DNA of 58,096 bases, from IMG/VR virus record IMGVR_UViG_3300032731_001278, positions 1 through 58,096 of that record, one strand, 5' to 3'. The position numbers were made by a program, and so were the translations under genes. This stretch comes from a virus. Taxonomy: Duplodnaviria; Caudoviricetes. Each line of letters opens with the position of its first letter. The stretch's first letter is position 1. The notes under the pieces were generated by a model that saw only the letters and a program-made list of their open reading frames with translations, did no database searches and had not been told where the DNA came from. This document shows positions 17,255-26,078 of the stretch, piece after piece.

Positions 17255-18423
17255 TGTTTTCCCTTTTCCGTTAACGTGCAAAGCTGGTGAAAGAGTTCGA
17301 CGTCTGGTTTTGTTTCGTTGAGTTCGACGATGGCGCTAGCGCTCTTCAACGCGAGACCCGTGTCATCACCACGTTCGATAACGGATTGGTAACGATTGAG
17401 TAAATCATCAATCCGACGCTTTTGGATGATAGGTAGCGTGGGCGATTCCAAAGCCGCTACCGGTCTCAAAGTTTGTCGCTCAGCCGTCAGCGCGGTTATA
17501 GCTCGATCCGTTTGTTCGTAACTGCTACTGAGCCGCCCAAGCGCCTGCCACGTTTCCAGTGCTGTTTGCGCCTTCTTCTGTGAAACTACGAGCGCTTCTG
17601 CGTACTCACGTTCCTTGGCGACGCGTACTCGATTCGCTTGCAACTCCTGGTTGACGCGCATCCCGTTCTGGATGCCGTCATCGATGGCGTCGCGAAGCTC
17701 TTGTGCTTTTTTGACCTTGTCGCGTAACGCCGCGAGTTGATCATGAAGGGTTTCCACCTTCGCGAGCGCTGTCTTTTCAGTAGATAGCTCAACGCGATCG
17801 GATTCGACGCTCTTCGTTTTGGCTTTGATCTCACGGCCGGCGATGTGGATTTCTGAGTTGAACGAGTAGACCGTTTTGTCGGCCGCTTCAGTTCCCGCTA
17901 GATGGGAAAATGCGCGCCACCGTGCGGGCGCGCTGATGCCGCCAATGAGGAAGGGTGCGTCGTGCTGGTCCTGGATCTGAACGCAAACGTTTTTGGTTTC
18001 ACCCAGCGTGATGGTACCTACACCAGTAGCGTTGAGTACGAGATCAGGTACGAGCTGACCCTTACGAAGAGACTTTCGGAAGTTGGCGAGAACGGTCTTC
18101 TCGCCCTTCGGGTCAACCACTTCGTAGTTGTTGGTCTTGGGCGTGCGAATCCGTCGAATGATGTAACCGGTCGACAGTTCAAGCTCTACGCACGTTCGCT
18201 TCGACAGCAGCTTCTTCTCGTTGCCGTCCTTGTCGGTTTCATACCAGAAGCGTACGAAATCATCACCGTCTGGCTGGTTGGTCAGACACCACTTGATCGC
18301 ACGGATAATCGCGCTCTTCCCCTTGTCACCCGATCCGATGATTGCATTCGTATCGGGTGATAGGGAAAGCTCAAGCCGTTTGTGCTTTTGGAAGTCTTCG
18401 ATGAGTGCGCGAACAATGTGCAT
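17095..18423 (-). CDS. sbcC: SbcC/Rad50-like ATPase, N-terminal half
   Basis: IEDFQKH, Walker A GSGDKGKS, Q-loop, coiled coil, ends at the CPRC zinc hook; no signature motif or Walker B. Confidence 0.85.
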   Translation of the reverse strand: MHIVRALIEDFQKHKRLELSLSPDTNAIIGSGDKGKSAIIRAIKWCLTNQPDGDDFVRFWYETDKDGNEKKLLSKRTCVELELSTGYIIRRIRTPKTNNYEVVDPKGEKTVLANFRKSLRKGQLVPDLVLNATGVGTITLGETKNVCVQIQDQHDAPFLIGGISAPARWRAFSHLAGTEAADKTVYSFNSEIHIAGREIKAKTKSVESDRVELSTEKTALAKVETLHDQLAALRDKVKKAQELRDAIDDGIQNGMRVNQELQANRVRVAKEREYAEALVVSQKKAQTALETWQALGRLSSSYEQTDRAITALTAERQTLRPVAALESPTLPIIQKRRIDDLLNRYQSVIERGDDTGLALKSASAIVELNETKPDVELFHQLCTLTEKGKQWQQNEADEKSRLSKTSQEVADAEESLLKALQQAARCPRCRQDTTTLTLSSCT

Positions 18424-18429
18424 GGTGGG

Positions 18430-18458
18430 AATTTACCAGGTATGAGCTAACTCGTCAA
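18430..18458 (-). promoter_or_regulatory. Sigma70-type promoter; leaderless transcript predicted
   Basis: TTGACG-17nt-TAAATT-6nt-ATG; TTAGCTCA box in the spacer. Confidence 0.65.
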
Positions 18459-18490
18459 GTAGGTCGTGACGAGTATTTACAGAAAGAGAG

Positions 18491-19171
18491 CTAGGCGAGA
18501 TTGAAATCACCGCGGAAGAACTCTCCGGGGGGACTTAGCTGAGCGAAGAATGGGATGTCGGATGCTGGGTCACTAACCGGGTTGGTTGGTGCAGCAGCCG
18601 GCTCAGCCTTCTTCTCTTCCTTCTTCTCTTCCTTCTTCTCTTCCTTCTTCTCTTCCTCAACAGGGGGCGCGGCTTCTTCCTTCGGCGGCGGCTCAGGCTT
18701 CTCGTCCTTGGGCGGCGCAGCCTTCTTCTCGCCATCCTTACCGCCCCAATCGGAAGCGGGGGTGGCGACGGTGCGGCCAGTGGGCGTACGGACCGACGTG
18801 ACGTTGGCGAACTTACCGCCCTGCGTCGAATCCTTGTGGGTCGTCTTGATCTCGCAAGGCATGCCGATCAACTCATCGACGTCAATGGACTTACCGAGCG
18901 ATTCGTCCGTACCCAGTTCTTCCAGGGCGCGAATGATACGGCCGCAGAAATTCTTCAGCGACGGGGCGGCACTCGTCAGAGCGTTGAGCTTCAAGCCGTT
19001 GAGCTTGTCGGCTTCCTCTTCGTCGGGCGCGACCGACAACTCGAAAATCCACTTCCAGTTGGCGCCGTACTTGGACGTGCCGTCTTGGATCTCGGTCAGC
19101 GTGGCGCAATACCACTCATCTTCGATCGGAAGGGTGAAATCAGATTCTACGATAGTGACTTTGCGACCCAT
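18491..19171 (-). CDS. Phage ssDNA-binding protein-like (DUF669/OB-fold-like) with low-complexity tail
   Basis: WY.ATL.EI..WIFEL..DELIG.PCEI..FANV.SV pattern; EEKK repeats; DIPF near the end. Confidence 0.6.
   Translation of the reverse strand: MGRKVTIVESDFTLPIEDEWYCATLTEIQDGTSKYGANWKWIFELSVAPDEEEADKLNGLKLNALTSAAPSLKNFCGRIIRALEELGTDESLGKSIDVDELIGMPCEIKTTHKDSTQGGKFANVTSVRTPTGRTVATPASDWGGKDGEKKAAPPKDEKPEPPPKEEAAPPVEEEKKEEKKEEKKEEKKAEPAAAPTNPVSDPASDIPFFAQLSPPGEFFRGDFNLA
18608..18655 (-). repeat. Four tandem 12-bp repeats encoding EEKK
   Basis: (CTTCTTCTCTTC)x4 on the plus strand. Confidence 0.85.
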
Positions 19172-19174
19172 GGA

Positions 19175-19492
19175 TTACTCCTTCGCCTTTTCAGCGACTT
19201 CTTTTTCAAGCTCAGCTTCCCACATGTTGACGAGCTTGCACGTTGCGTCTTTGAGGTTATTGTATTCGGCGAACCACTGCGCCTTGTCGATGTCGTCGGG
19301 GAGTTCCCGACCGAGCTGAACCGACAGAATGGCATCCTTGGTTCCGAAAGCCACCTTGTCAGAATAGCCGGTACGAATCGACCGGACGCGGCTACGGCCA
19401 ACGAGACCTTTTACCTCACCAGTGAGGTCTTTGATACCTGAAGCCAGGTCGGTCAAAAGGGTCAGCAAGCCGTCAGTTTGTTCCTTGTTCAT
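19175..19492 (-). CDS. Hypothetical protein
   Basis: AAGGAG RBS before MNKEQ; GCTATAAT upstream. Confidence 0.65.
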   Translation of the reverse strand: MNKEQTDGLLTLLTDLASGIKDLTGEVKGLVGRSRVRSIRTGYSDKVAFGTKDAILSVQLGRELPDDIDKAQWFAEYNNLKDATCKLVNMWEAELEKEVAEKAKE

Positions 19493-19535
19493 TGAATTTT
19501 CTCCTTGGTTGCGGTGAAGATTATAGCGACCCAAC

Positions 19536-20096
19536 TTAATGAGTCATTGTGTATTCTCGCATTTGGCGATCGTGAACGCGTTTAAGTACCTGACACAGAC
19601 CGTCGGAGTCAGAAACGATTTGCGCCAAGCATTCAGCTTTCATCTCAGCTTCAGCCGCTTTCATCTCATATCCGCCCTTGATCTTGTTCTTGATATATTC
19701 GCCATGCGCCGCGACGAATTTTTGTTGCACGCCTTCCAGTCGGCTCTTTTCCTTCAAAACCGCTTGCGAGCTTTCGCGTCGGCCGCGTCCTTGAAGGTAC
19801 TTGACGGCGGTCTTCGCCTTGATACCCGCGATACCAATCGGGGGCGCCCAAGCCTTGAGCTGCGCCATGTCGTATTCGATCTCTTGCGGGTGCGCGCCGC
19901 CGAGTTCCGCCTCGCTGATGGTCTGGTATTTCGCCAAGATTCCTAAGATGGCTTGCAGCGCTTCAACGAGGTATTCATCTTGAGGATCGGGCTCTTCGTC
20001 TTCAGCTGTGCGTGTCAGAATATCTGACAACATGTTCATCATCAGATCGACGCGGATTTCAGTCGTGTCGGTTACCATTTCTACGGTTCGCCCCAT
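19536..20096 (-). CDS. Hypothetical alpha-helical protein
   Basis: TGATG coupling to dnaE. Confidence 0.7.
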   Translation of the reverse strand: MGRTVEMVTDTTEIRVDLMMNMLSDILTRTAEDEEPDPQDEYLVEALQAILGILAKYQTISEAELGGAHPQEIEYDMAQLKAWAPPIGIAGIKAKTAVKYLQGRGRRESSQAVLKEKSRLEGVQQKFVAAHGEYIKNKIKGGYEMKAAEAEMKAECLAQIVSDSDGLCQVLKRVHDRQMREYTMTH

Positions 20097-23000
20097 CAGT
20101 TTTCCTTATCTTCGTAGAAGACAGTCATGTACTTCACATATCCCTTGTCGCCTACCGCTACGGTGTTTTGATCGTCGCTGAGTATGTAGCACTTGACGAA
20201 AACGAAATCGCCAACTTTCAGTTCCATCGGTTTTATCTCAGGCCACTTCGATGACCAGATCAAAACCTCGCCGCCGCCTTCACCGTCGTCGATGTCGAGC
20301 TTGCACATTTCGGTCTTGGGATTGCCGTGTTTGTCTTCACCCTGGGGCGTCCAGACACGTATAGCGCGAATCATGCCGCCGGTAAGCTTGTCGCCCTTGG
20401 ATGGCGACAGAAGCCGTATGGGGCGCCACCCCTTCCCCTTCAGCTCTTTGATGTGTTCGCTCATCGGGTTCGTGAGCGTGAAGCCGAAAGCCTCAGCTTC
20501 GGCACGAACCTTTTCCGCGAGCGTCCATTCCTTGGGGGCGACGTAGTTGACGAACTCTTCTTCGTCCCACGTCTTTTTTCGTTCTAGCTGTTCCTCGAAG
20601 ACGTGAACAGCAGCGCGGGGATTCGTCCAGCAACTGAAGGTACCAGCCAACGCCAACGATTTCTTGGCGCGTTTGTTGGCGTACCGGCCAGCCACGCGTT
20701 CGTGGAAGTCTTTGAATCCCTGGAAACCTTCTGGGTAGACGTGCTGCGCCAGGAATTCTTTTTGCTCGTCGTCCGTCATCTTGGCGAGCTTTTTCTCTAG
20801 CGTTTTCGTCAACGGTTTCTTGTGTTCCTTGACCGCTTCGTGAACCGCGTCGATTGTCTTTTCGCTCACGTAGGGCAAGCAGCCGACGCCCAGTCGAATG
20901 GTTTTGTCGTCAACGACGCGGAATTCGTATCGCAAATCATTGAGATCGGGCGGTAGAAGCTCGACGCCGTTGTAATGAATGGACTCGAGACCGGTCAGGA
21001 TCTGGTCCTTCTTATGGAGGTAGGCGTTCAGATACGCGGCGATGTAGTGGGCGGGATAATGAACGTATAAGTACAACGTCCAGAAAGCTAATAGGGCGTA
21101 GCTAGCTGAGTGGGATTTATTGAACGAATAGTTGGCTCCAGCACGAAGTGCCTCGAAAATGTTCTTGGCTGAATCTTCGGTGATTCCGTTTTTGATACAA
21201 CCCTCTACGAATTGCCCTTCAAGCGTCCGCATTAGTTCGGGTAATTTTTTCCCGATGGCTTTTCTCAGTGAGTCAGATGACGCTAAATCGAAACCAGCTA
21301 ACTCAGCAGTAGTTCGTATGGCTTGTTCTTGGTATAGGATAACTCCGCGCGTTTCCTCGACGATAGGCCATAGAGCTTTCTCTGACGGTTTATAATCACC
21401 TTTAGCGTATGAGTCGATAAACGCAGCAGCGCCAGGACGGACGATAGCGTTGAGCGCTACCGCGTCATTAAAACCCTTTACCCCAATCGTTTGTGCCGTT
21501 TGACGCATAACGTGGCTATTGAATTGAAATGATAATTTCGTATCACCGCGAGCAAGAGCTTTGATAACGCCCTCGTCTTCAAGCGAGATGTTACACAACC
21601 ACTCGTGCTGTTCCAAAAAAGTGAGTTCAGGCTTCAGCGTCTTCATTGCTTTACCGACGGCCGTTACAGTAGACGAACCAAGAAGGTCCATCTTGATGTA
21701 ATTCATCTTGTCGGTATCGCCCATGTCCGCTTGGACAAGCGTGACTACCTCACCCTTTTTTCGAACCGTCATCAGTCCGATATTGGACTCGAGCGGGATA
21801 GGGCTAATCACAACGCCAGCGGGATGCTTACCCTGCGCGAAGATACACCCTTCAAGCCGCATCGCCATGTCGAAGATTACAGGCTCTTGCTTCATGAATT
21901 CAATCATGCCTTGAGCTGTTTGTAGACTTCCGACGAGACTATTGGGTGGAGCGTTTTGAATTTGATCGGGGATTTCTTTCGAGAGAATTTCAGCCTTACG
22001 AAGTGGAAGGTTCATCGCGCGGAATACGCACTTGATTGAACTCTTACCCTTCATTGTCAAGACGGTTGGGATATTAGCGGTGTGAGGGTACTGTTCTGTA
22101 ATAAACCTGTACACCTCTTCTCTACGGTCATGTTGTAAATCTAGGTCAATATCTGGAAGTCCGATTCTGCCCTTATTAACGAAGCGTTCGAAGTAAAGAC
22201 CATGCTCTATTGGGTCAAGGTCCGTGATACCCAAACCGTAAACAATCAAGCTTCCCGCTGCACTACCACGACCAGGACCGCGGAAGATTTCTTCCTTGTT
22301 CATGAAAGTCATTAGCGTATTCAACAACGCGAAATAGGGTACGTACCCAAGTTCCGTTAAGACTTTCGCTTCCATCTCGAAACGTTCACGATAGACGTCG
22401 TCGTCCAGCAACCCCTTCGCTTCCAGGTGTTTACGCGACTGTTTGATCGGATCGATTCCAGACGTGTCATCCGGGAACTTGAAGCTCTTGTCCAGCTCGT
22501 ACTCTTCACATAGGTCGCGAATCTCGAGCGTGGCGGCAATCCCCTTGTCGATAATATTGAAGTCGATACCGGGGTGGTGCTTTTCAAACAGGTCGCGTAA
22601 TTCAGCTGCTGTGGTGAAGTGATGCGTCGGTGACTGCTCCGGTTCGACGCGATCAATCGCCAACTCCATCGCCTTTTTGTATTCGTCGGGGTCGGTATTT
22701 TTGAGCGCTGGATCAACCAAGCTTTCCGGATCTACAACGAGTCGCTTTTGCCTTCCATCCGCACGAACCAATCTAGCGATGTCGGTGTCGTACTCGTTGA
22801 GCCACTGAACATCACCGGTTACCACCACATTCAAGTCGTTTTCAATGGCGTACTCGGCCATCGCGGCCATGCCTTGCGCCGCGAAACCATCGTCGTCAAG
22901 CCACGGCGCGAACTCAAGGTATAACCGCTCACCGTAGATCTTCCGAAGACGTCGAATCTCTCCTTCCGCGTCGATCTCATCGCCGACCGCGAAGCTCTGT

Positions 23001-23749
23001 AAGACACGTCCTTGAAGACCGGCGGTCAAACAAACGAGCCCTTCGCTATGCTCAGCGAGCATTGCGTGGTCAACGCGCGGAACGTAGTAGAACCCCTCCT
23101 GCCAAGCCTTACTCAGCAGCTCCAGGAGGTTCTTCCAACCCGTCTCGTTGATGGCGAGTAAAACTAATTCGTGGTTGTCGGTGAGCTTCTTTTCAACGGC
23201 GTCGGGCGAAACGTTTACGGTTGCGCCGCAAATTCCGAAAAGTTTGCGGCTCGCAAACTCTCGACGAAAACCCCACGTTCCAAGGATGTGATTTCGATCT
23301 GTAATCGCTACGCCGGGCTGCCCAAGCCGCATCGCTTTTTCGCAGTAGTTACGAATTTTGGTAGGCGACTCGTGGTAGGAGTAGTCGGAACGAACGTGAA
23401 GGTGAACGAACTCTTCGTCTTTTGCGCGGAACTCGAGCGGGTTCCTTGTCCAAGCAAACTGCGGAACAACCTCAGCCTTGGGGCGACTAATCGCTACTTT
23501 GACGGCGCGTTCAGGCGTCGTCCAGATACGGCGGTTGAAATCCTTGACGAACAGCGAGATGAACTCGACGTTCGCTTCTTCAAAACCGCTCAGCGCACCA
23601 ACCGGGAAGCTCCACCCATCTTCCGGCGCTGCGAAATCGAACTGAACGGTGACCGCGCGATCGACGTACCGGACGCCGTTTTGTTCTTTGATACGAACAC
23701 CGTTGTCGACGGCCCACGCCCGCAGCTTTTGTTTATCGATGTCGTCCAT
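20096..23749 (-). CDS. dnaE: DNA polymerase III alpha subunit (DnaE-type, 1217 aa from MDDIDK)
   Basis: PHP domain FVHLHVRSDYS/AITDRN, GRGSAAGS, PDIDLD, KHPAGVVI, YQEQ, FNKSH, C-terminal OB fold. The frame stays open upstream to 24307. Confidence 0.93.
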   Translation of the reverse strand: MDDIDKQKLRAWAVDNGVRIKEQNGVRYVDRAVTVQFDFAAPEDGWSFPVGALSGFEEANVEFISLFVKDFNRRIWTTPERAVKVAISRPKAEVVPQFAWTRNPLEFRAKDEEFVHLHVRSDYSYHESPTKIRNYCEKAMRLGQPGVAITDRNHILGTWGFRREFASRKLFGICGATVNVSPDAVEKKLTDNHELVLLAINETGWKNLLELLSKAWQEGFYYVPRVDHAMLAEHSEGLVCLTAGLQGRVLQSFAVGDEIDAEGEIRRLRKIYGERLYLEFAPWLDDDGFAAQGMAAMAEYAIENDLNVVVTGDVQWLNEYDTDIARLVRADGRQKRLVVDPESLVDPALKNTDPDEYKKAMELAIDRVEPEQSPTHHFTTAAELRDLFEKHHPGIDFNIIDKGIAATLEIRDLCEEYELDKSFKFPDDTSGIDPIKQSRKHLEAKGLLDDDVYRERFEMEAKVLTELGYVPYFALLNTLMTFMNKEEIFRGPGRGSAAGSLIVYGLGITDLDPIEHGLYFERFVNKGRIGLPDIDLDLQHDRREEVYRFITEQYPHTANIPTVLTMKGKSSIKCVFRAMNLPLRKAEILSKEIPDQIQNAPPNSLVGSLQTAQGMIEFMKQEPVIFDMAMRLEGCIFAQGKHPAGVVISPIPLESNIGLMTVRKKGEVVTLVQADMGDTDKMNYIKMDLLGSSTVTAVGKAMKTLKPELTFLEQHEWLCNISLEDEGVIKALARGDTKLSFQFNSHVMRQTAQTIGVKGFNDAVALNAIVRPGAAAFIDSYAKGDYKPSEKALWPIVEETRGVILYQEQAIRTTAELAGFDLASSDSLRKAIGKKLPELMRTLEGQFVEGCIKNGITEDSAKNIFEALRAGANYSFNKSHSASYALLAFWTLYLYVHYPAHYIAAYLNAYLHKKDQILTGLESIHYNGVELLPPDLNDLRYEFRVVDDKTIRLGVGCLPYVSEKTIDAVHEAVKEHKKPLTKTLEKKLAKMTDDEQKEFLAQHVYPEGFQGFKDFHERVAGRYANKRAKKSLALAGTFSCWTNPRAAVHVFEEQLERKKTWDEEEFVNYVAPKEWTLAEKVRAEAEAFGFTLTNPMSEHIKELKGKGWRPIRLLSPSKGDKLTGGMIRAIRVWTPQGEDKHGNPKTEMCKLDIDDGEGGGEVLIWSSKWPEIKPMELKVGDFVFVKCYILSDDQNTVAVGDKGYVKYMTVFYEDKEN
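23239..23261. repeat. Dyad repeat copy 5 (spacer GGCTC, one mismatch) inside dnaE
   Basis: AAAGTTTGC-GGCTC-GCAAACTCT, read as REFASRKLF in the PHP domain. Confidence 0.9.
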
Positions 23750-24449
23750 TCCGTGAACCTTTTTTCTAGATGGAGAATTATAGCTGTTCGAATCGTTTGT
23801 TGGAACAAATTGATAGGTATAAGCTTGATTTCCAGACTTCCAAACTTTCCCCGGAATCGGTACTCGTGCCCACCCCGATTGTTCCATGTGAATTTTTGCG
23901 TTACCGCGTTCACAAACCCAGTGTTCCCACCTGTGTAGAAATGTATGCCCGACCCGAATCAAGTCTCGACCGCCATGACGCCCGTTGCTGTACGACGAAG
24001 CTCTAGCTCCATCTAACGTCTCGTAAATTGGTCTACGATTCCGTTTGGTGCATTCCCAACCTGAACATTTATAAACGTGCCCGGTGTGCCCTTGTCCTTC
24101 GTCATGATACGTAACGAGTACCGGCCAACGTCCGCGATTAATCAGCACTTTCATTTGCCGTCGTAGTGGTTTACTGATGTGATTCAATTGTCGTTCCGTC
24201 TTTGGGACAGCCACCATTCTACTTAATGCCAATACCCCCCCGGGGCGCTTCGGGGCATACGGCGCGGGCGGCGCCGGGTGGAGGAGGTTGCCATACATAA
24301 CCCGCAACTATTTTGTCGTTTTCGTACACCCCGAAGGCATAGGTGGCGTTATTCCCCGCGGAGTGGTAGCCATGAAAACGCTCGCATAAGTCTCTTACTT
24401 CTTCTAAACCGCACGGGCGGATGTCGTATTTCGGAGACAAGTTTGTCAT
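23750..24449 (-). pseudogene. Mom-like (GNAT-fold) DNA-modification gene frameshifted at a G7 tract; distal half in frame with dnaE
   Basis: The N-half (CERFHGYHS..FGVYE..YVWQPP..) and C-half (VLALSRMV..LVTYHDEGQGHTGHVYKCSGW) join if the G-tract at 24235-24241 is G6. Confidence 0.7.
23777..23805 (-). promoter_or_regulatory. Internal promoter for dnaE within the open Mom-DnaE linker
   Basis: TTCCAA-17nt-TATAAT, ending 27 nt before ATG 23749; AAGG RBS. Confidence 0.55.
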
Positions 24450-24760
24450 TAGAGCGAGCCCGTACCGCCAAGCCGTTGCTTCCGTCGTTCAAGGCCTTTG
24501 AGGACCGCGGCGCGGGTAGCCGCGTTTGCTTTCCACTTGATGCCGGAAGGCCGGTGCGCTGCGTTCCAGTCCTCTTGGCTCATGTGGTAGACGCCACCGG
24601 GGATCGTGGTCATCGGCGTTTTGCACTCGGGGCAGCTTGGCGGCCCTTCGCTACGACGCCACAATTCTTCCAGGTACATCTCACCACATTCCGAACAGAT
24701 GAAATCATCGTACCGCAACATGTTGGGGGATTCGTGGACGACGACCTTTACGTTTTCCAT
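24449..24760 (-). CDS. FmdB-like zinc-ribbon protein
   Basis: DFICSECG..SCPECKTPM..PG pattern. Confidence 0.65.
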   Translation of the reverse strand: MENVKVVVHESPNMLRYDDFICSECGEMYLEELWRRSEGPPSCPECKTPMTTIPGGVYHMSQEDWNAAHRPSGIKWKANAATRAAVLKGLERRKQRLGGTGSL

Positions 24761-25952
24761 TCGTTAGCCTCTCGCGCCAAGTTTCAATGGCGCCGTCAAA
24801 CGCCGGGCCGTTCAACAATCCTTGATTTTGTAGGTTCCAAACCAACATGGCAAAATCATTCTGCGTTGGCTTGTACTTCGCTGAGCCGCGAATCTTTTCA
24901 GTTCGCCGAATGCTCTCGGTAACTGTAAGACCCATGAGAACATCGGCAACCGCTTCTTCTTTTGGAAGAACGCCGATGAGTCGATTCGGTGCCGCTTCGT
25001 CGTCTACTGAAATACTCGAGCATCGCGCGATCAACTTGCCGTACTTCTCCCAAAACTCGCACGCAATCTTTTGCCGTTGCGTTGGAATTTCGATCTCGAA
25101 ATTCAGGCGTTCACGAAGCGTCGTTGCGCCGTAGTTGAGTGCAATTGCTTCTTGTACGCCATGAATGCCGTTCAGATTCTTGGTACCTTGGCTTGGCGCC
25201 GAAAGTTTGAACGAGGTGTTATTGAAGGGTATCTTTCGCTCGATGTGTAGTCGAACCATCGCTTCGACAGGCTCGTTCGGTTTCGTAATGCCGTTGGCCA
25301 TAGCTCGCGCGGCCTTGAGCTTCCGACGAGCGCTGGAAATAACGCGTCGCGCTTCAGCTAACAATTCGTCCGGCACTTGATCGCACAGGGGTACTGCGTA
25401 CCTTCCACCGGAAGAGATCTTGGCGTAGCGATTAGGCGATAACTCAGCCAACTCGTCGATTTCGATATCGGGAACGCCGTGTAGCGTCAGCGCGATTTCA
25501 GCGAGCGTTCGATTATCTAGTTTCATTTCTAGGACAAGCAGCTCGTCTTCTGAAAACGGAATCATCTTACGAAGGAGTTGGACGCCCTTGTCCTTGTCGA
25601 TCATTCCGTCTTCTTTGTAGAACGACTCCGGGGCGCGGTAGAAGAGCCAGTTTTCGTTTTTGGCGCCAACTTCTACGTCGTCGTTGTCGAACTCGAAGTT
25701 GGTTTGCTTGTACTTCCGATGGTTAACGATCCGCCTGAACGTGGTGTAACAACCCCGAGCGCGCCAGGTGATCCAGTTGGACATCGCGCCACGCTCCGGA
25801 TCGAACTCGTGCCACCTAGAGAAAATCTCGAGGAGTAGCTCTTGCTTGAAATCTTCTTGGTCTTCGAGATCAAGTCGGCGCGTGAACAGGTTACCTAGCG
25901 CCAAGACTTGAGCGTACAGATCTGGTGGTTGCGCCACCCAAAGTTCCGGCAT
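24705..25952 (-). CDS. Sigma-70 family RNA polymerase sigma factor with C-terminal extension
   Basis: Region 2 EDFKQE..FDPERGAMSNWITWRAR; region-4-like TLAEIA. Confidence 0.75.
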   Translation of the reverse strand: MPELWVAQPPDLYAQVLALGNLFTRRLDLEDQEDFKQELLLEIFSRWHEFDPERGAMSNWITWRARGCYTTFRRIVNHRKYKQTNFEFDNDDVEVGAKNENWLFYRAPESFYKEDGMIDKDKGVQLLRKMIPFSEDELLVLEMKLDNRTLAEIALTLHGVPDIEIDELAELSPNRYAKISSGGRYAVPLCDQVPDELLAEARRVISSARRKLKAARAMANGITKPNEPVEAMVRLHIERKIPFNNTSFKLSAPSQGTKNLNGIHGVQEAIALNYGATTLRERLNFEIEIPTQRQKIACEFWEKYGKLIARCSSISVDDEAAPNRLIGVLPKEEAVADVLMGLTVTESIRRTEKIRGSAKYKPTQNDFAMLVWNLQNQGLLNGPAFDGAIETWRERLTNGKRKGRRPRIPQHVAVR

Positions 25953-25976
25953 GTTTCATCGTCTCCCTGGAGAAGT

Positions 25977-26005
25977 AATCTATATCTTTCAGGGATAGTA
26001 GTCAA
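25977..26005 (-). promoter_or_regulatory. Sigma70-type promoter of the sigma-factor gene
   Basis: TTGACT-17nt-TAGATT. Confidence 0.65.
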
Positions 26006-26048
26006 GAACGTAATCGAGAAAGTTTTCGCGTTATTTTGAGCGGTTTTT

Positions 26049-26071
26049 AAAGTTTGCGGCTCGCAAACTTT
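26049..26071. repeat. Dyad repeat copy 6 (spacer GGCTC)
   Basis: 7 nt downstream of the primase stop codon. Confidence 0.95.
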
Positions 26072-26078
26072 TCAGAAT

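Noticed and set aside
18608-18655. 12-bp tandem repeat as an origin iteron
   Set aside because: Fully explained by the EEKK low-complexity linker.
20096-23749. Intein or intron in dnaE
   Set aside because: Conserved motifs follow at normal spacing; no C...HN splice motifs or LAGLIDADG segments were seen.
24219-24307. ORF-track start of the 1403-aa polymerase at 24307
   Set aside because: It is a TTG inside the Mom-like N-half in another frame; the residues before the G tract are an out-of-frame artefact.
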